From Candidatus Enterousia sp. (GTDB lineage Bacteria > Pseudomonadota > Alphaproteobacteria > Rs-D84): a DNA stretch of 64,000 nucleotides. The notes under the pieces were generated by a model. It was not told where the DNA came from. It did no database searches and saw nothing but the letters and a program-made list of their open reading frames with translations. This document shows positions 50,029 through 59,958 of this stretch, piece by piece. The stretch covers positions 101,763 through 165,762 of the forward strand of contig JAZRMF010000005.1 in assembly GCA_045647355.1 (NCBI GenBank), read 5' to 3'. Position numbers and translations under genes: made by a program. Every line of letters starts with the position of its first letter. Position 1 is the stretch's first letter.

Positions 50029-50104
50029 TCGGGCATAGTTCAGTCGGTAGAACAACGGACTGTTAATCCGTATGTCACTGGTTCGAGTCCAGTTGCCCGA
50101 GCCA
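50029..50104 (+). tRNA. tRNA-Asn (anticodon GTT)
   Basis: acceptor TCGGGCA/TGCCCGA + G + CCA, anticodon loop CTGTTAA, T-loop GGTTCGAGTCC; 76 nt. Confidence 0.9.
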
Positions 50105-50109
50105 CAAAT

Positions 50110-50142
50110 TAGCCGTAATTCCTTGGAATTACGGCATTTTCT
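50110..50142 (+). terminator. rho-independent terminator after tRNA-Asn
   Basis: agccgtaattccttggaattacggc + TTTTCTTTT. Confidence 0.8.
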
Positions 50143-50438
50143 TTTATTTTTGTCTATGGCAATTTGTTCTGGTATAAAATGCAAAAAAGTGTTAAAAATC
50201 GCAAATAATTATACCAGAGTTATACACGGCTTGTAGAAAAAACGCCTATAAAAACGATTGCAAAACCAGTATTTACAAGCCTCTCAGAAGATTATATGCC
50301 CCTGAGAACAACGGAACGAAGTCCGTATATCTGCTTGTATACAAAATGTATACATTTTTAATTATCAGATTTCCAAGAAACGACTGGACTTTTGTTAAAA
50401 GATAAGGACAAATACAACAACTTTTAAAGGGGTTGTAC

Positions 50439-50657
50439 ATGAAATACAAACATTTTCAAGAAATTGAGCCGAGCAATAAAACTGATTTTATTATGCTCTA
50501 CTTCGCGGCGTGTAGATCATTACGCGAATTGGAATCGAATGTACGATACAAACAAAACGGAAATCTAACCTGCAAACAGGCATGGCTATTCCGCCGTTTG
50601 TATCACAAATTATTTCAAATGGCTGCATTATGGAAAAACGACGATGATCGCCCATAA
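50439..50657 (+). CDS. small conserved basic protein (paralog of 44704-44910)
   Basis: RBS aaagggg; about 80% identity to other copy. Confidence 0.5.
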   Translation: MKYKHFQEIEPSNKTDFIMLYFAACRSLRELESNVRYKQNGNLTCKQAWLFRRLYHKLFQMAALWKNDDDRP

Positions 50658-50678
50658 CAAATAAACGCTTGCGATAAA

Positions 50679-52133
50679 CTATTTTAGAGATGTGAGATCT
50701 AATTTTTTCAATAGCTCCCCTTCATCTTGTAACATAAATTCTATCAATGGGCTAAGATTTGCAACAAATGTGTCACAATCCGAAGGCGTTGCGCTAACCT
50801 TGTCGTTATGAATAATTTGCTGAATGTTATCAATATTAAAAGAAGAAAAAGCTCTCTTCATACTCAACTCTGAAATTAGTTTTGTAAACAATTCGGACAA
50901 TACGGCAAAATCCGTAAAAGGCTTTTTGGTCCCTTTCTTTGTTCTAAAAGCATCATTAAAATATTCATAACTAGACAATTTCTTATCTTGGTATTTTGTG
51001 TTGTCTAAAACCCATTTCAAAGTACATTCAAACACTATTCTTATCATAGCCATCTTCGCATTAGGAACCTGCTGACTATTGAGTTTCATGAACAATTCAT
51101 CTATTTTGTATTCAAGAGATTTAGAACGATTTTTTCTTGTCAAAACCGGTTTTTTTTGAACAGAACCTCGTAAACTTTTGTTTTTTGGGCTATCTACACC
51201 TTTTTCAGGTGCCGCGACAACATCTGGCAAAACACCATCGTACTTTTTTTCATTCCCCATACTCAAATTTGATTCATTTTTAGAATTGAAACTCAACCCC
51301 AATTCCGGCTGAGAACTACCTGTTTCTGTTATTTCTATTTTACGCAGAAAATCTTGCTGTTGTTCCGGCTTATCTACATCATAATATGATGCGTCTGGAT
51401 TTTTTTGTAAATATTCAACTACATTATTGATATATTTTTTAAACAACTTATTATCAGTTATTATCAATTTATATTTTTCGTTTTTACCCCCGAAATCGTA
51501 TCCACAAATTTTTCTGGACCGAAACAATCTCTCTAAGAAAGCTAATTTTCCACCTTTCTTTCCAGAGCTTCTAACCAATTCCTTAAAATTTTCTCCGCCA
51601 TGTTTTACAGCCTCATAGTAAAAATTTGCGATTTTCATAAAATCTCCGACATTAGAATCAATCGCCTGAATATCATCACTCGATGCTCCCGCAATAAACA
51701 ATCGGTGTATTTCTAAAGCTTTTGCTATACGACTCCATGCCCTAAACGATGGAGTCGCATGTTTTTCCCTTATTCTTTTTTCCAACAAACGTTCATCGTC
51801 ATAAATTATAGCAGGTAACTCTTGTATGTCAAACTTATCAACATTTAATCCAAAAACATCTGGATTTGATAACGCAACTACGGCCGCAGCTCGCCTATTT
51901 CCTTCTTTTACAAGATACGAACCATCATGTTGTTTTACCACCCACAAAGCTTCGTCAGGATAATATTCGTGTTTATCTAGTATATTATCAACTATTTCAT
52001 GTGCATTTTCTTCATTAAGTAAATATAAAATAATTTCTTTTTGTGTGGTACCAGAATATAGGTCCGCAAATCTAGGATTGTGCGAATCCAATACCAAATT
52101 CTCTCTTTTTACATACTCTATTTTATGCTTCAT
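50679..52133 (-). CDS. ParB/Srx-fold N-terminal domain protein (defence-island associated)
   Basis: ParB-N-like LVLDSHNPRF...VKEGNRRAAAV; long uncharacterised C-terminus. Confidence 0.5.
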   Translation of the reverse strand: MKHKIEYVKRENLVLDSHNPRFADLYSGTTQKEIILYLLNEENAHEIVDNILDKHEYYPDEALWVVKQHDGSYLVKEGNRRAAAVVALSNPDVFGLNVDKFDIQELPAIIYDDERLLEKRIREKHATPSFRAWSRIAKALEIHRLFIAGASSDDIQAIDSNVGDFMKIANFYYEAVKHGGENFKELVRSSGKKGGKLAFLERLFRSRKICGYDFGGKNEKYKLIITDNKLFKKYINNVVEYLQKNPDASYYDVDKPEQQQDFLRKIEITETGSSQPELGLSFNSKNESNLSMGNEKKYDGVLPDVVAAPEKGVDSPKNKSLRGSVQKKPVLTRKNRSKSLEYKIDELFMKLNSQQVPNAKMAMIRIVFECTLKWVLDNTKYQDKKLSSYEYFNDAFRTKKGTKKPFTDFAVLSELFTKLISELSMKRAFSSFNIDNIQQIIHNDKVSATPSDCDTFVANLSPLIEFMLQDEGELLKKLDLTSLK

Positions 52134-52202
52134 TATAAACCGCCTTTATCTAACAGATAATACTTGATAACCTGTGCCATTTTAACGAACTTTTTTTATT
52201 TT

Positions 52203-53096
52203 TCAACATATTAAGTCAGTATCAGGTATATTAAGAATTTTGTCTGAAAAGAACAATATTTCTTTTCCTCGTTTTCCTGTGGCTCTTAAACAATACTGTA
52301 AATCAAATTCTTGTTTGGCTTCATCATCTACCCAATCATATAAATTCCGAATCTCTTGCACATTATCATAACTAAGAATCCATTTACATTTAAGTTTTCT
52401 TATTGCTTCAGAAATGTCCTTATGGTCTTTTGGTTTATACCAATTCTGATATAGTTGTGGGCCTTTCTTAAAGTAGGGAGGGTCTAAATAAAGTAAGCAA
52501 TTTCCTCTTAATACCTTTAACATCGATCTATCAGTTAACAACTTTAATGCATCTACGGAGGAAATATGTATTTTATCCTTGAATTCAGATATTCTTCTTA
52601 TTTTATTTATTAACTCATTTTTGTTAAACCGACAATCTATTTTATATTTCCCCATCTGCGATTTTCCACCTATAACCCCCCCCTTCAATATACCGGAATG
52701 GTTACATCTATTTAAATAAAAAGCGGCAAAGCCCAAATCAAATTTTTGTTTATCGGATTCGTGCAAATTTGCCTTATATATTTTTGTTTGTTTTTCCCAT
52801 TCTTCTATGGTCACTTCTATTCTTTTTATTTTGCCAATAAATTTATTTGTATTATTCACAATATTGTACCAGAAACAATATATTGAAGGATCCGCATCAT
52901 TTATATATATCTCTGAAACATACCCTTCTATTAACAAACCCAATGCAACAGCTCCCCCGCCTGCATAAAGCTCCACATAACAAGGTTTGACATTGTCAGG
53001 AAAATTAGATTTTATGGTTTCTTTCATAAAATCTAATATTCTTGCTTTTCCACCAGGATATCGTAAAGGCGAATTATTTTTTGACATCTTTTGCAA
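52203..53096 (-). CDS. Dam-family (D12 class) N6-adenine DNA methyltransferase
   Basis: LRYPGGK motif, ELYAGGGAV, catalytic DPPY. Confidence 0.75.
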   Translation of the reverse strand: MQKMSKNNSPLRYPGGKARILDFMKETIKSNFPDNVKPCYVELYAGGGAVALGLLIEGYVSEIYINDADPSIYCFWYNIVNNTNKFIGKIKRIEVTIEEWEKQTKIYKANLHESDKQKFDLGFAAFYLNRCNHSGILKGGVIGGKSQMGKYKIDCRFNKNELINKIRRISEFKDKIHISSVDALKLLTDRSMLKVLRGNCLLYLDPPYFKKGPQLYQNWYKPKDHKDISEAIRKLKCKWILSYDNVQEIRNLYDWVDDEAKQEFDLQYCLRATGKRGKEILFFSDKILNIPDTDLIC

Positions 53097-53156
53097 AAAA
53101 CCTTCTAATTTTATATTTAGAATAATACAACATAAAACGCTTCACAAAAACAAACC

Positions 53157-53876
53157 TTATTTTTTATATTTAATATATCCAGCAACCTTTTCTATAAAAC
53201 TTTCAAAATTATTGATTACAACCCCAGATTGAAAACGGTCTTTAAATTCGTCATCAAGGCCAAGATCCTTATCTCTAAAAAATTCGTTATATTCAGCTTT
53301 ATTGTTAATATTATTATCTGCAATAGACTCCGATAATGTTACTACATAAATCAACGTCTGGGTCGGTGTGTGAAGAAGCAGTTCTATATTATCTTCTGAT
53401 AATTTAATATACTTACGCAAATTATGTTCGTTAATGTGTTCTACTCTAATGATCTTGTTATTCTTATTATAATAAGGTAATTCTTTTAACAAAACCAAAA
53501 CCTGAAAATAAGGAATATTGTTACATCTTATATTAGCGGTCTCCCCCAACATATTTTCAAAATAATTATTAGAATTTTGTTGATAATTACTCATAACAAA
53601 TTTGAAGCCTATCGCCGCTAAAACAACGTTACCTTTGCATACCGCAATATCCACATTCTTGTCCATGTATCTACCAGCAATTGACATTTCGCCACCACGT
53701 TGTCCCGGTCTCAAAGAACAAAAAGTCAACTCAGGATCGTTCAATTTCGTTTTTAAAGAATCCGATATAAAAGAATGTATCGGTTTTAACTTTTCATTGC
53801 TGCGCGAACCGGTACTTAAATATAAACGAAAAGATTCTTTCACCTTATCCAAAAAGGCGCAATTGACGTTTGGCAT
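53157..53876 (-). CDS. putative type II restriction endonuclease
   Basis: sandwiched between two MTase genes with 32-nt overlap; PD-(D/E)xK-like DIAVCK / IGFKF segments; weak. Confidence 0.4.
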   Translation of the reverse strand: MPNVNCAFLDKVKESFRLYLSTGSRSNEKLKPIHSFISDSLKTKLNDPELTFCSLRPGQRGGEMSIAGRYMDKNVDIAVCKGNVVLAAIGFKFVMSNYQQNSNNYFENMLGETANIRCNNIPYFQVLVLLKELPYYNKNNKIIRVEHINEHNLRKYIKLSEDNIELLLHTPTQTLIYVVTLSESIADNNINNKAEYNEFFRDKDLGLDDEFKDRFQSGVVINNFESFIEKVAGYIKYKK

Positions 53877-55308
53877 CTTGTGTATCTCCTTTTAACATAT
53901 AGGTCAAATACTTTTCCAATTCTAGCGAAGAAAATGTAAAGTATCCACCACTTTTATATTTCTTTAATGCTTTTACATATTTTATAAATTTAGGGTCATA
54001 AATAACACGCTTTATATCATCAAAACTATAATCTGACAATATGTATAAACCACTATACACACCAGAACCAGCAGGAACATTTATTAGTTTTATACTGCTT
54101 TCATCTTTAATTAACGTGTTAATAGATACTTTATTTTTGAAAACATCTTTGATTCCTTGGCTTCTTCCAAACAAATACCAATGCCCAGCAAAATCAATAG
54201 CTCGTTTTTCTAATTTATCTTTAAACGATTGCAAATGTGTGTATGCGGACATAAAATTTTGCTTTATAAAAGATTCTTCCATAGGCACACCAGGAAAAAC
54301 ATATGGGAACAAGCATTTTGTCCATTTGCCGGTAGAAGCTTTTACAACATCAATATATATGTTCTCTGATGATTTAAAATCTTGAATAAAACACGTATCT
54401 GCCAATGTAGCAAAACCATTCTTTACAACTATGCTACGTTTTACCTGATCTTTGTAAAAAGAATCTATGTCCGATAATAACTTTAACGTGTCTTCATCAT
54501 CAAAGGACATTGTGCCATGCTTAAAAACAGTATCATACGGCAAATTAAAACTATCCTTTGTACTATGTTCTACATACTGGATCTCATCGTGTGTTATCCC
54601 GTTGTCAAACAAAGTAATAGCTGTATATGCCGATATACCATCAAACACTTGTTCTTGACCTAAATCAACAACCATTGATAATTTTTTGTTTTTATTTATA
54701 CATGCTCGGCAATTTTTACCAGACTTACTAGTCATAAATGAACTGGGGGTAATCAAACACATTTTTCCGCTTTTATTGAGCTGCTTTAATCCAAGTTCAA
54801 TAAAAACTAAATACAAGTCGATCATACCATCTTGTGCAAATGAGAATTTTTTTGCCAAATCATAATTTTCCAAATTGTGAACTCTAACGTAAGGCGGATT
54901 TCCAACAACAAAATCCATTTTATGATCGTACTTACTTACAATTAAAGCATCTTCATTCACAATATCCCATGCTACATTTTGTATACCATATTGAAGAACA
55001 ATGGTATCCAAACGTTTTATACATTTTGTGTATTCATTTTTATCTAATTCAATACCATGAATGTATGTTTCTAAATCGTGTTTCAAACGGCTTATATCAT
55101 TATTTGCAATAGAAACGAAAGCATCACAATATCTGTGAACGATTTCGGACAAAAACGCGCCATCGCCACAACTGTTTTCCATTATATGTTTTGATAAGAT
55201 ATCTTTGCCACTGAATGCCAAATAATCCAGCATTTCCTGCACGATGCTGAACGGGGTATAAACGCCTCCCATATTCTTTACCCTATGTTGCTTGGCTATT
55301 ACTTCCAT
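53845..55308 (-). CDS. N6-adenine DNA methyltransferase (gamma-class, Eco57I/HsdM-like)
   Basis: GGVYTP motif, SAM-binding ENSCGDGAFL, catalytic NPPY. Confidence 0.75.
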   Translation of the reverse strand: MEVIAKQHRVKNMGGVYTPFSIVQEMLDYLAFSGKDILSKHIMENSCGDGAFLSEIVHRYCDAFVSIANNDISRLKHDLETYIHGIELDKNEYTKCIKRLDTIVLQYGIQNVAWDIVNEDALIVSKYDHKMDFVVGNPPYVRVHNLENYDLAKKFSFAQDGMIDLYLVFIELGLKQLNKSGKMCLITPSSFMTSKSGKNCRACINKNKKLSMVVDLGQEQVFDGISAYTAITLFDNGITHDEIQYVEHSTKDSFNLPYDTVFKHGTMSFDDEDTLKLLSDIDSFYKDQVKRSIVVKNGFATLADTCFIQDFKSSENIYIDVVKASTGKWTKCLFPYVFPGVPMEESFIKQNFMSAYTHLQSFKDKLEKRAIDFAGHWYLFGRSQGIKDVFKNKVSINTLIKDESSIKLINVPAGSGVYSGLYILSDYSFDDIKRVIYDPKFIKYVKALKKYKSGGYFTFSSLELEKYLTYMLKGDTQDAKRQLRLFG

Positions 55309-55399
55309 ATATCCTTTCCCTTAATAAAAACTTAGCCCAAAACAATGTATAAAGTCAAGTAGAACAATTAAAAAACGGGGGGCCGCACAAAAATATAAG

Positions 55400-55840
55400 C
55401 TACTGCAACTTTTCTTTTATTCCCAATTCTTGACGCATCTTAGTCGCTAGTTTTACTATTTTATCTGCCATTTCATTTGATTTTGCCTCTATCTGCTTTT
55501 GACTATGCATTGTATCGTAACAATTACATATTTCTGTATCCAACGCATAGTATGCATCGTAAATCTTTTTAGATGCATATATCAACATTTGCCCCTGCAA
55601 TGCATTAAACATTGTTTTACATTTCTTTGACCATTCATGGGAACGACGATACTTTTCATGTTCCATTAAAACCTGGCACACATTGATATATAACTCTTCT
55701 CGTTTTTGTTTTATATAAAGTTCCCTGTCACGTTTGCTTTTTAAGAAGTCCACAAACCATGTAAAACCAGCTGTCAATAATGCCCCAAGAATAATTCCAA
55801 ATAATTGAGACGAAAAGAAATCAGACCACGTCATTATCAT
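55400..55840 (-). CDS. hypothetical membrane protein
   Basis: N-terminal TM helix, coiled-coil remainder. Confidence 0.4.
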   Translation of the reverse strand: MIMTWSDFFSSQLFGIILGALLTAGFTWFVDFLKSKRDRELYIKQKREELYINVCQVLMEHEKYRRSHEWSKKCKTMFNALQGQMLIYASKKIYDAYYALDTEICNCYDTMHSQKQIEAKSNEMADKIVKLATKMRQELGIKEKLQ

Positions 55841-56177
55841 CTACCTCTTTAAATTATTTCTTTCACATTCAACATAATAAAAAATTACGTTTTTCGCAAC
55901 AGGATTTCTGTTAATAAATAAAGTGAATTTTTAAATAAAAATCTACACTATCTTTATACAGTCACATCCAGTCAAATCGGGCTTTGTAAGGCTTTTTTGC
56001 TATCTTAAAAAAGGTCTACACAGAGGTTATATTTTGGGACAATTTTAGAACAAATTTTTGTGTCATTTTAAGTCAAACCTAAACAAAATCAAATCCGGCA
56101 ACGCCACAGCATCTGTGGCATACAAGGCGTTAGGTTTACACTCAAGCGCATTAAAATAAATATTCATTGAGGGGCAG

Positions 56178-56194
56178 CTGTTAATCCGTATGTC
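56178..56194 (+). repeat. 17-bp direct repeat of tRNA-Asn anticodon-loop region (att core-like)
   Basis: ctgttaatccgtatgtc identical to 50061-50077 within tRNA-Asn; bounds defence island. Confidence 0.7.
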
Positions 56195-56417
56195 GGGTGG
56201 GTGGGTGTGGGGGAGGAGTGAAAATTGCGGAGAGATGGCGGGAATCATGCATTTGTTTAAGATTTTTGAAATTCAAAAAAGGGTGCGTTGTTATCCATAA
56301 CATACAGAAACACACGAATCAGTTCGTTTGTTGCGGCGAACGAGCCAACGAACCGCGCGGAAAATGGGCGCGGTCGTCCGTGTGTCGGTGACACAGAATA
56401 TAACACGATACTATATT

Positions 56418-57098
56418 TTATATACGGAAACGGGCGCCAAGTCTGATAGTACTGAACACATTAAGGCCATCGCCTTCGGTCGGCGCATAAACACGTCTAT
56501 AGCCCAAATCCAATGTGGTTACATCGGAATATTTATAACCGACCCCGGCATGCAACGCATAAATCACACCATCGTCATCGATAGAATCACTGTAATCTAT
56601 GTCTTTGATTGTGACTTCTTCCTTGCCGAAACTGTACCCTATTCCCAGTCCGACGTACGGAACAACGCTGTCGATTTTGAAATCTGCGTATCCATTGGCC
56701 AGCAAGAAGAAATGATCGTATTTTATTTCCACGTCATGTTTTACGACGTAATTTTCTTTTAACTTGCCATCTTCGCGGTAATTATTATACCCCGCTTCAG
56801 CTTCTAGCCGCAGATGGAACCAATCATACGGATTCTTTTTAACATACATTTTGCCCGGCGACCAATCGAGGCCAACGGCGACAGAACCTTCCCACAAAAA
56901 ACCGGAATTACTGTATCTATAATGTGCGCCATCCAATGCATTGAATGTATCGACCAAATAATCGCCCACCTTGGTATCACCATCAACATATATGGTTGTG
57001 TCACCACCACCCAGTTTTGCCGACACATAGTATTCGGTTTGTGCGCGTGCGGTATCAGTAATCAAAACCATAGCGGCCAGTACAAGAATCTTCTTCAT
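56418..57098 (-). CDS. outer-membrane beta-barrel protein (OmpA/Omp25-like 8-strand barrel family)
   Basis: signal peptide ...ARA, alternating aromatic beta-strands, C-terminal ...GARFRI. Confidence 0.6.
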   Translation of the reverse strand: MKKILVLAAMVLITDTARAQTEYYVSAKLGGGDTTIYVDGDTKVGDYLVDTFNALDGAHYRYSNSGFLWEGSVAVGLDWSPGKMYVKKNPYDWFHLRLEAEAGYNNYREDGKLKENYVVKHDVEIKYDHFFLLANGYADFKIDSVVPYVGLGIGYSFGKEEVTIKDIDYSDSIDDDGVIYALHAGVGYKYSDVTTLDLGYRRVYAPTEGDGLNVFSTIRLGARFRI

Positions 57099-57285
57099 AT
57101 AATCCCCCTTTCAGACAAAGACAATTATAATAATACTGCGGAATTATTTCAACAACAATTCATCGAATTACCCAACAAAAAACACAAAACATAAAAGTCA
57201 AGCATTAATTTTATCTTTATCTTTATCAGATTATTTGTCTTGCGTATATTTTTATGATATAATATAGCGCGAGAGAGGTACATAG

Positions 57286-57969
57286 TTGTATCAAAAAAGG
57301 CTGTTTTTGGCGGTTATATTGATGGCCGGCGGGGTTGTTGTCCACCCGTCTGGGGCCGCGCCTGCCGTAAAAAATTTTAGTGGTGCGACCAGCAGCAGTA
57401 CCTATAGCAATTTCAATCGTGGCACGCCGACAAAATTATCGGCCACGACCAAGGGTGCATCATCCGCACGTGCATTAAGTTTGACAACCAAACCAACGAC
57501 CAAGGCATCAACCGCCGGCAACACCAGTGGCACCAGTGTTTCAACACCAAAGACAACGGGGTATGCCACGTCTGCACGTTTACCGGGGGCGCATGGGAAT
57601 CTGTTCAAGGGGATTGGGAAAAAAATCTCGACAAATTACGCATCACAACCTGGTGGTGGGGGCAACACGTCTGATTTGGAACAGCGCATAGCGGCCTTGG
57701 AATCTGAAATGAATACCAAGCAAGATATATTGGAATCCGGCGATGGCATTGCCATTTCTGGGAACACAATCAGTTTGGACGCCGATTTGGGTGCGTTACC
57801 GGAACGCGTGGATGAATTAAGCCAAGCCATAGATAATCTGGGCGAACAAACACAGGAATATATGGAAACGACTTATTATACCAAGGAAGAAATAGATAAT
57901 GTTGTTGGTCAATTAACACCGCCAAACGTGGTGAGTGAATTTGACCCGGGATTTTTATTAAATCCGTAA
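57286..57969 (+). CDS. secreted repeat protein family member (C-terminal NPGFLLNP)
   Basis: signal peptide; Ser/Thr-rich; SGDGIAISGNTISLD motif; coiled coil. Confidence 0.5.
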   Translation: MYQKRLFLAVILMAGGVVVHPSGAAPAVKNFSGATSSSTYSNFNRGTPTKLSATTKGASSARALSLTTKPTTKASTAGNTSGTSVSTPKTTGYATSARLPGAHGNLFKGIGKKISTNYASQPGGGGNTSDLEQRIAALESEMNTKQDILESGDGIAISGNTISLDADLGALPERVDELSQAIDNLGEQTQEYMETTYYTKEEIDNVVGQLTPPNVVSEFDPGFLLNP

Positions 57970-58023
57970 CATTGATAACGAGATAACAAAAATAAAAAAC
58001 GAAAACAAAGGAGAGGCAGTAAA

Positions 58024-58563
58024 ATGAAGAAAAGTTTTGTATACGGTTTGGTGATGTCCGTATCCATCTTTGCAATCAACGCATACGCGGATCCTGTTGC
58101 CGATGCCAGTGCGTCGGCCGTAACGACCAAGGGTTATGTGGATGCCGGTTTGAAATATGTGTACGATGTTGCGACCGGCGAATCGGCGGGTGCGGTCAAA
58201 ACGTTGCAACAAAACGTTAGCGATTTGTCTGACAAAATCGGTGCCAAAGGCACAGGCGGTGCCGCAGGAACCGGTTTGGCCGGCGATGTCCAAAGTTTGG
58301 AAAAGACAATCGGTGATGCAAACAGCGGATTGGTTAAAAAGGTAAACGATTTGGCGGCGTCCAGTAACGTTTACGAGGCGGGCGATGGTATCGTTGTTAC
58401 CCCAGGTGCAAATAACGACCCGGCGACAATTGGAATTGCATTGCCGAACAATGCCGAGAATGGTGTACAGTACGTTTTCCAATCAGATGGTAATGGCGGC
58501 GGTTCATGGGTTGCATTAGAGGTAGAGAACAGTTGGAACCCGGGATTTTTGACAAACCCATAA
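58024..58563 (+). CDS. secreted repeat protein family member (C-terminal NPGFLTNP)
   Basis: signal peptide; TKGYVD motif; AGDGIVVTPG motif. Confidence 0.5.
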   Translation: MKKSFVYGLVMSVSIFAINAYADPVADASASAVTTKGYVDAGLKYVYDVATGESAGAVKTLQQNVSDLSDKIGAKGTGGAAGTGLAGDVQSLEKTIGDANSGLVKKVNDLAASSNVYEAGDGIVVTPGANNDPATIGIALPNNAENGVQYVFQSDGNGGGSWVALEVENSWNPGFLTNP

Positions 58564-58647
58564 AAAAAAATTAAAAACAATGCATTATGTTGTTAAAAAG
58601 GGGGACTTTTTATGATATAATGTAACCGAATAAAGCAACAAACAAAC

Positions 58648-59514
58648 ATGGAGAGAAGAATGAAAAAACTTTTAAATATATCAGTTATCGCGGCATTGGC
58701 AGTATTGCCATTGGCGGCGAATGCGGCACCGGAATATGCATCTGCGATTCCGGCAGAGCCAGTTACTGCAACAGCAAACACAAAAGTGGCAACGACATCC
58801 TATGTACAAGGTGCATATAATGCCGCCATTGCAGTTGCCAATAAGGAAAGCCAACGTGCATCGGCCGCAGAAGGTGATTTAACAACTTTGACAACGACGA
58901 CAAAAACTTCTTTGGTTGGCGCTATTAATGAAATCAATACCACAGCAGGCAATGCGGCTAATCAAGCATTAAGTAATATAACCACAGCTGGTGAAAATGT
59001 TATTAAAGGTTTAGCTGCAGATGGTGCTTATGATAATACAGATTCTGGTTTGACTGCTACAACTCTCCAAGACGCTATCGATGAAGTTGCTACCACAGCT
59101 GGTGGTGCGGCTAATCAAGCATTAAGTAATATAACCACAGCCGGTGAAAATGTTATTAAAGGTTTAGCTGCAGATGGTGCTTATGATAATACAGATTCTG
59201 GTTTGACTGCTACAACCATCCAAGACGCTATCGATGAAGTTGCAGCCACAGCAGGCAATGCTGCAGATCAAGATTTAAGTAATCTGTCTGCAACTGGCAC
59301 GGGAGTTATTACTAGCGCAGTTACAAGTGGGGCTGCTGGTGGTACATATTCAAATACAACTTCTGGTTTGACGGCCACAACCATCCAAGGTGCTATCGAT
59401 GAAGTTGCAGGTAGTGTTGCTACTCAAGGTGCAAAAGTGTTAAAGGTTTATACAACTTGGAATACAGATACAAACCAAGAAATAACATTGACCGCACCAA
59501 CACAAGGTAGCTAA
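58648..59514 (+). CDS. secreted protein with three tandem about 40-aa repeats
   Basis: signal peptide; TTSYVQGAY; repeat TTAGNAANQALSNITTAGENVIKGLAADGAYDNTDSGLTATT.QDAIDEVA x3. Confidence 0.55.
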   Translation: MERRMKKLLNISVIAALAVLPLAANAAPEYASAIPAEPVTATANTKVATTSYVQGAYNAAIAVANKESQRASAAEGDLTTLTTTTKTSLVGAINEINTTAGNAANQALSNITTAGENVIKGLAADGAYDNTDSGLTATTLQDAIDEVATTAGGAANQALSNITTAGENVIKGLAADGAYDNTDSGLTATTIQDAIDEVAATAGNAADQDLSNLSATGTGVITSAVTSGAAGGTYSNTTSGLTATTIQGAIDEVAGSVATQGAKVLKVYTTWNTDTNQEITLTAPTQGS

Positions 59515-59604
59515 TAATAAAATCTCAGATTTTGGTCTGGACAATTTTATCAATATTGTGTATAATAGCATGAGATAAAATTTCCAGACATTTTATTTTG
59601 GAAG

Positions 59605-59898
59605 ATGAGAGTGATATTTGGCATTTTTGTTGGAATTCTGATGGTCGTACCGGCGGTTGCCGAAGTTGTGCCCAATACAAAAGTAGTGACAAAGTCCTAT
59701 GTTGAAGGCGCTTATGATACAATGGATGCCGCAAAGCAGGATAAATTAACATCAACAAATGTTGTTGAATCGGGGAATGGCCCGGTTGTGACGGCCGTCA
59801 CCGCCAGTAACGGGACCGTTACCGTATCCAAGGGCGAAGTTACAATTCCCGTTGGTGCAACGACCAGTAGTACCCGTGCAACAATTTGGTTTGAATAA
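59605..59898 (+). CDS. small secreted family member
   Basis: signal peptide; TKSYVEGAY; ESGNGPVVTAV motif. Confidence 0.45.
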   Translation: MRVIFGIFVGILMVVPAVAEVVPNTKVVTKSYVEGAYDTMDAAKQDKLTSTNVVESGNGPVVTAVTASNGTVTVSKGEVTIPVGATTSSTRATIWFE

Positions 59899-59929
59899 AC
59901 AAAAATCTAATATCTAATTTTTCGGCCGA

Positions 59930-59958
59930 TTTTTAATCACCCATGGGTGATTTTTTAT
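59930..59958. terminator. bidirectional terminator
   Basis: atcacccatgggtgat + T-run between convergent genes. Confidence 0.7.
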
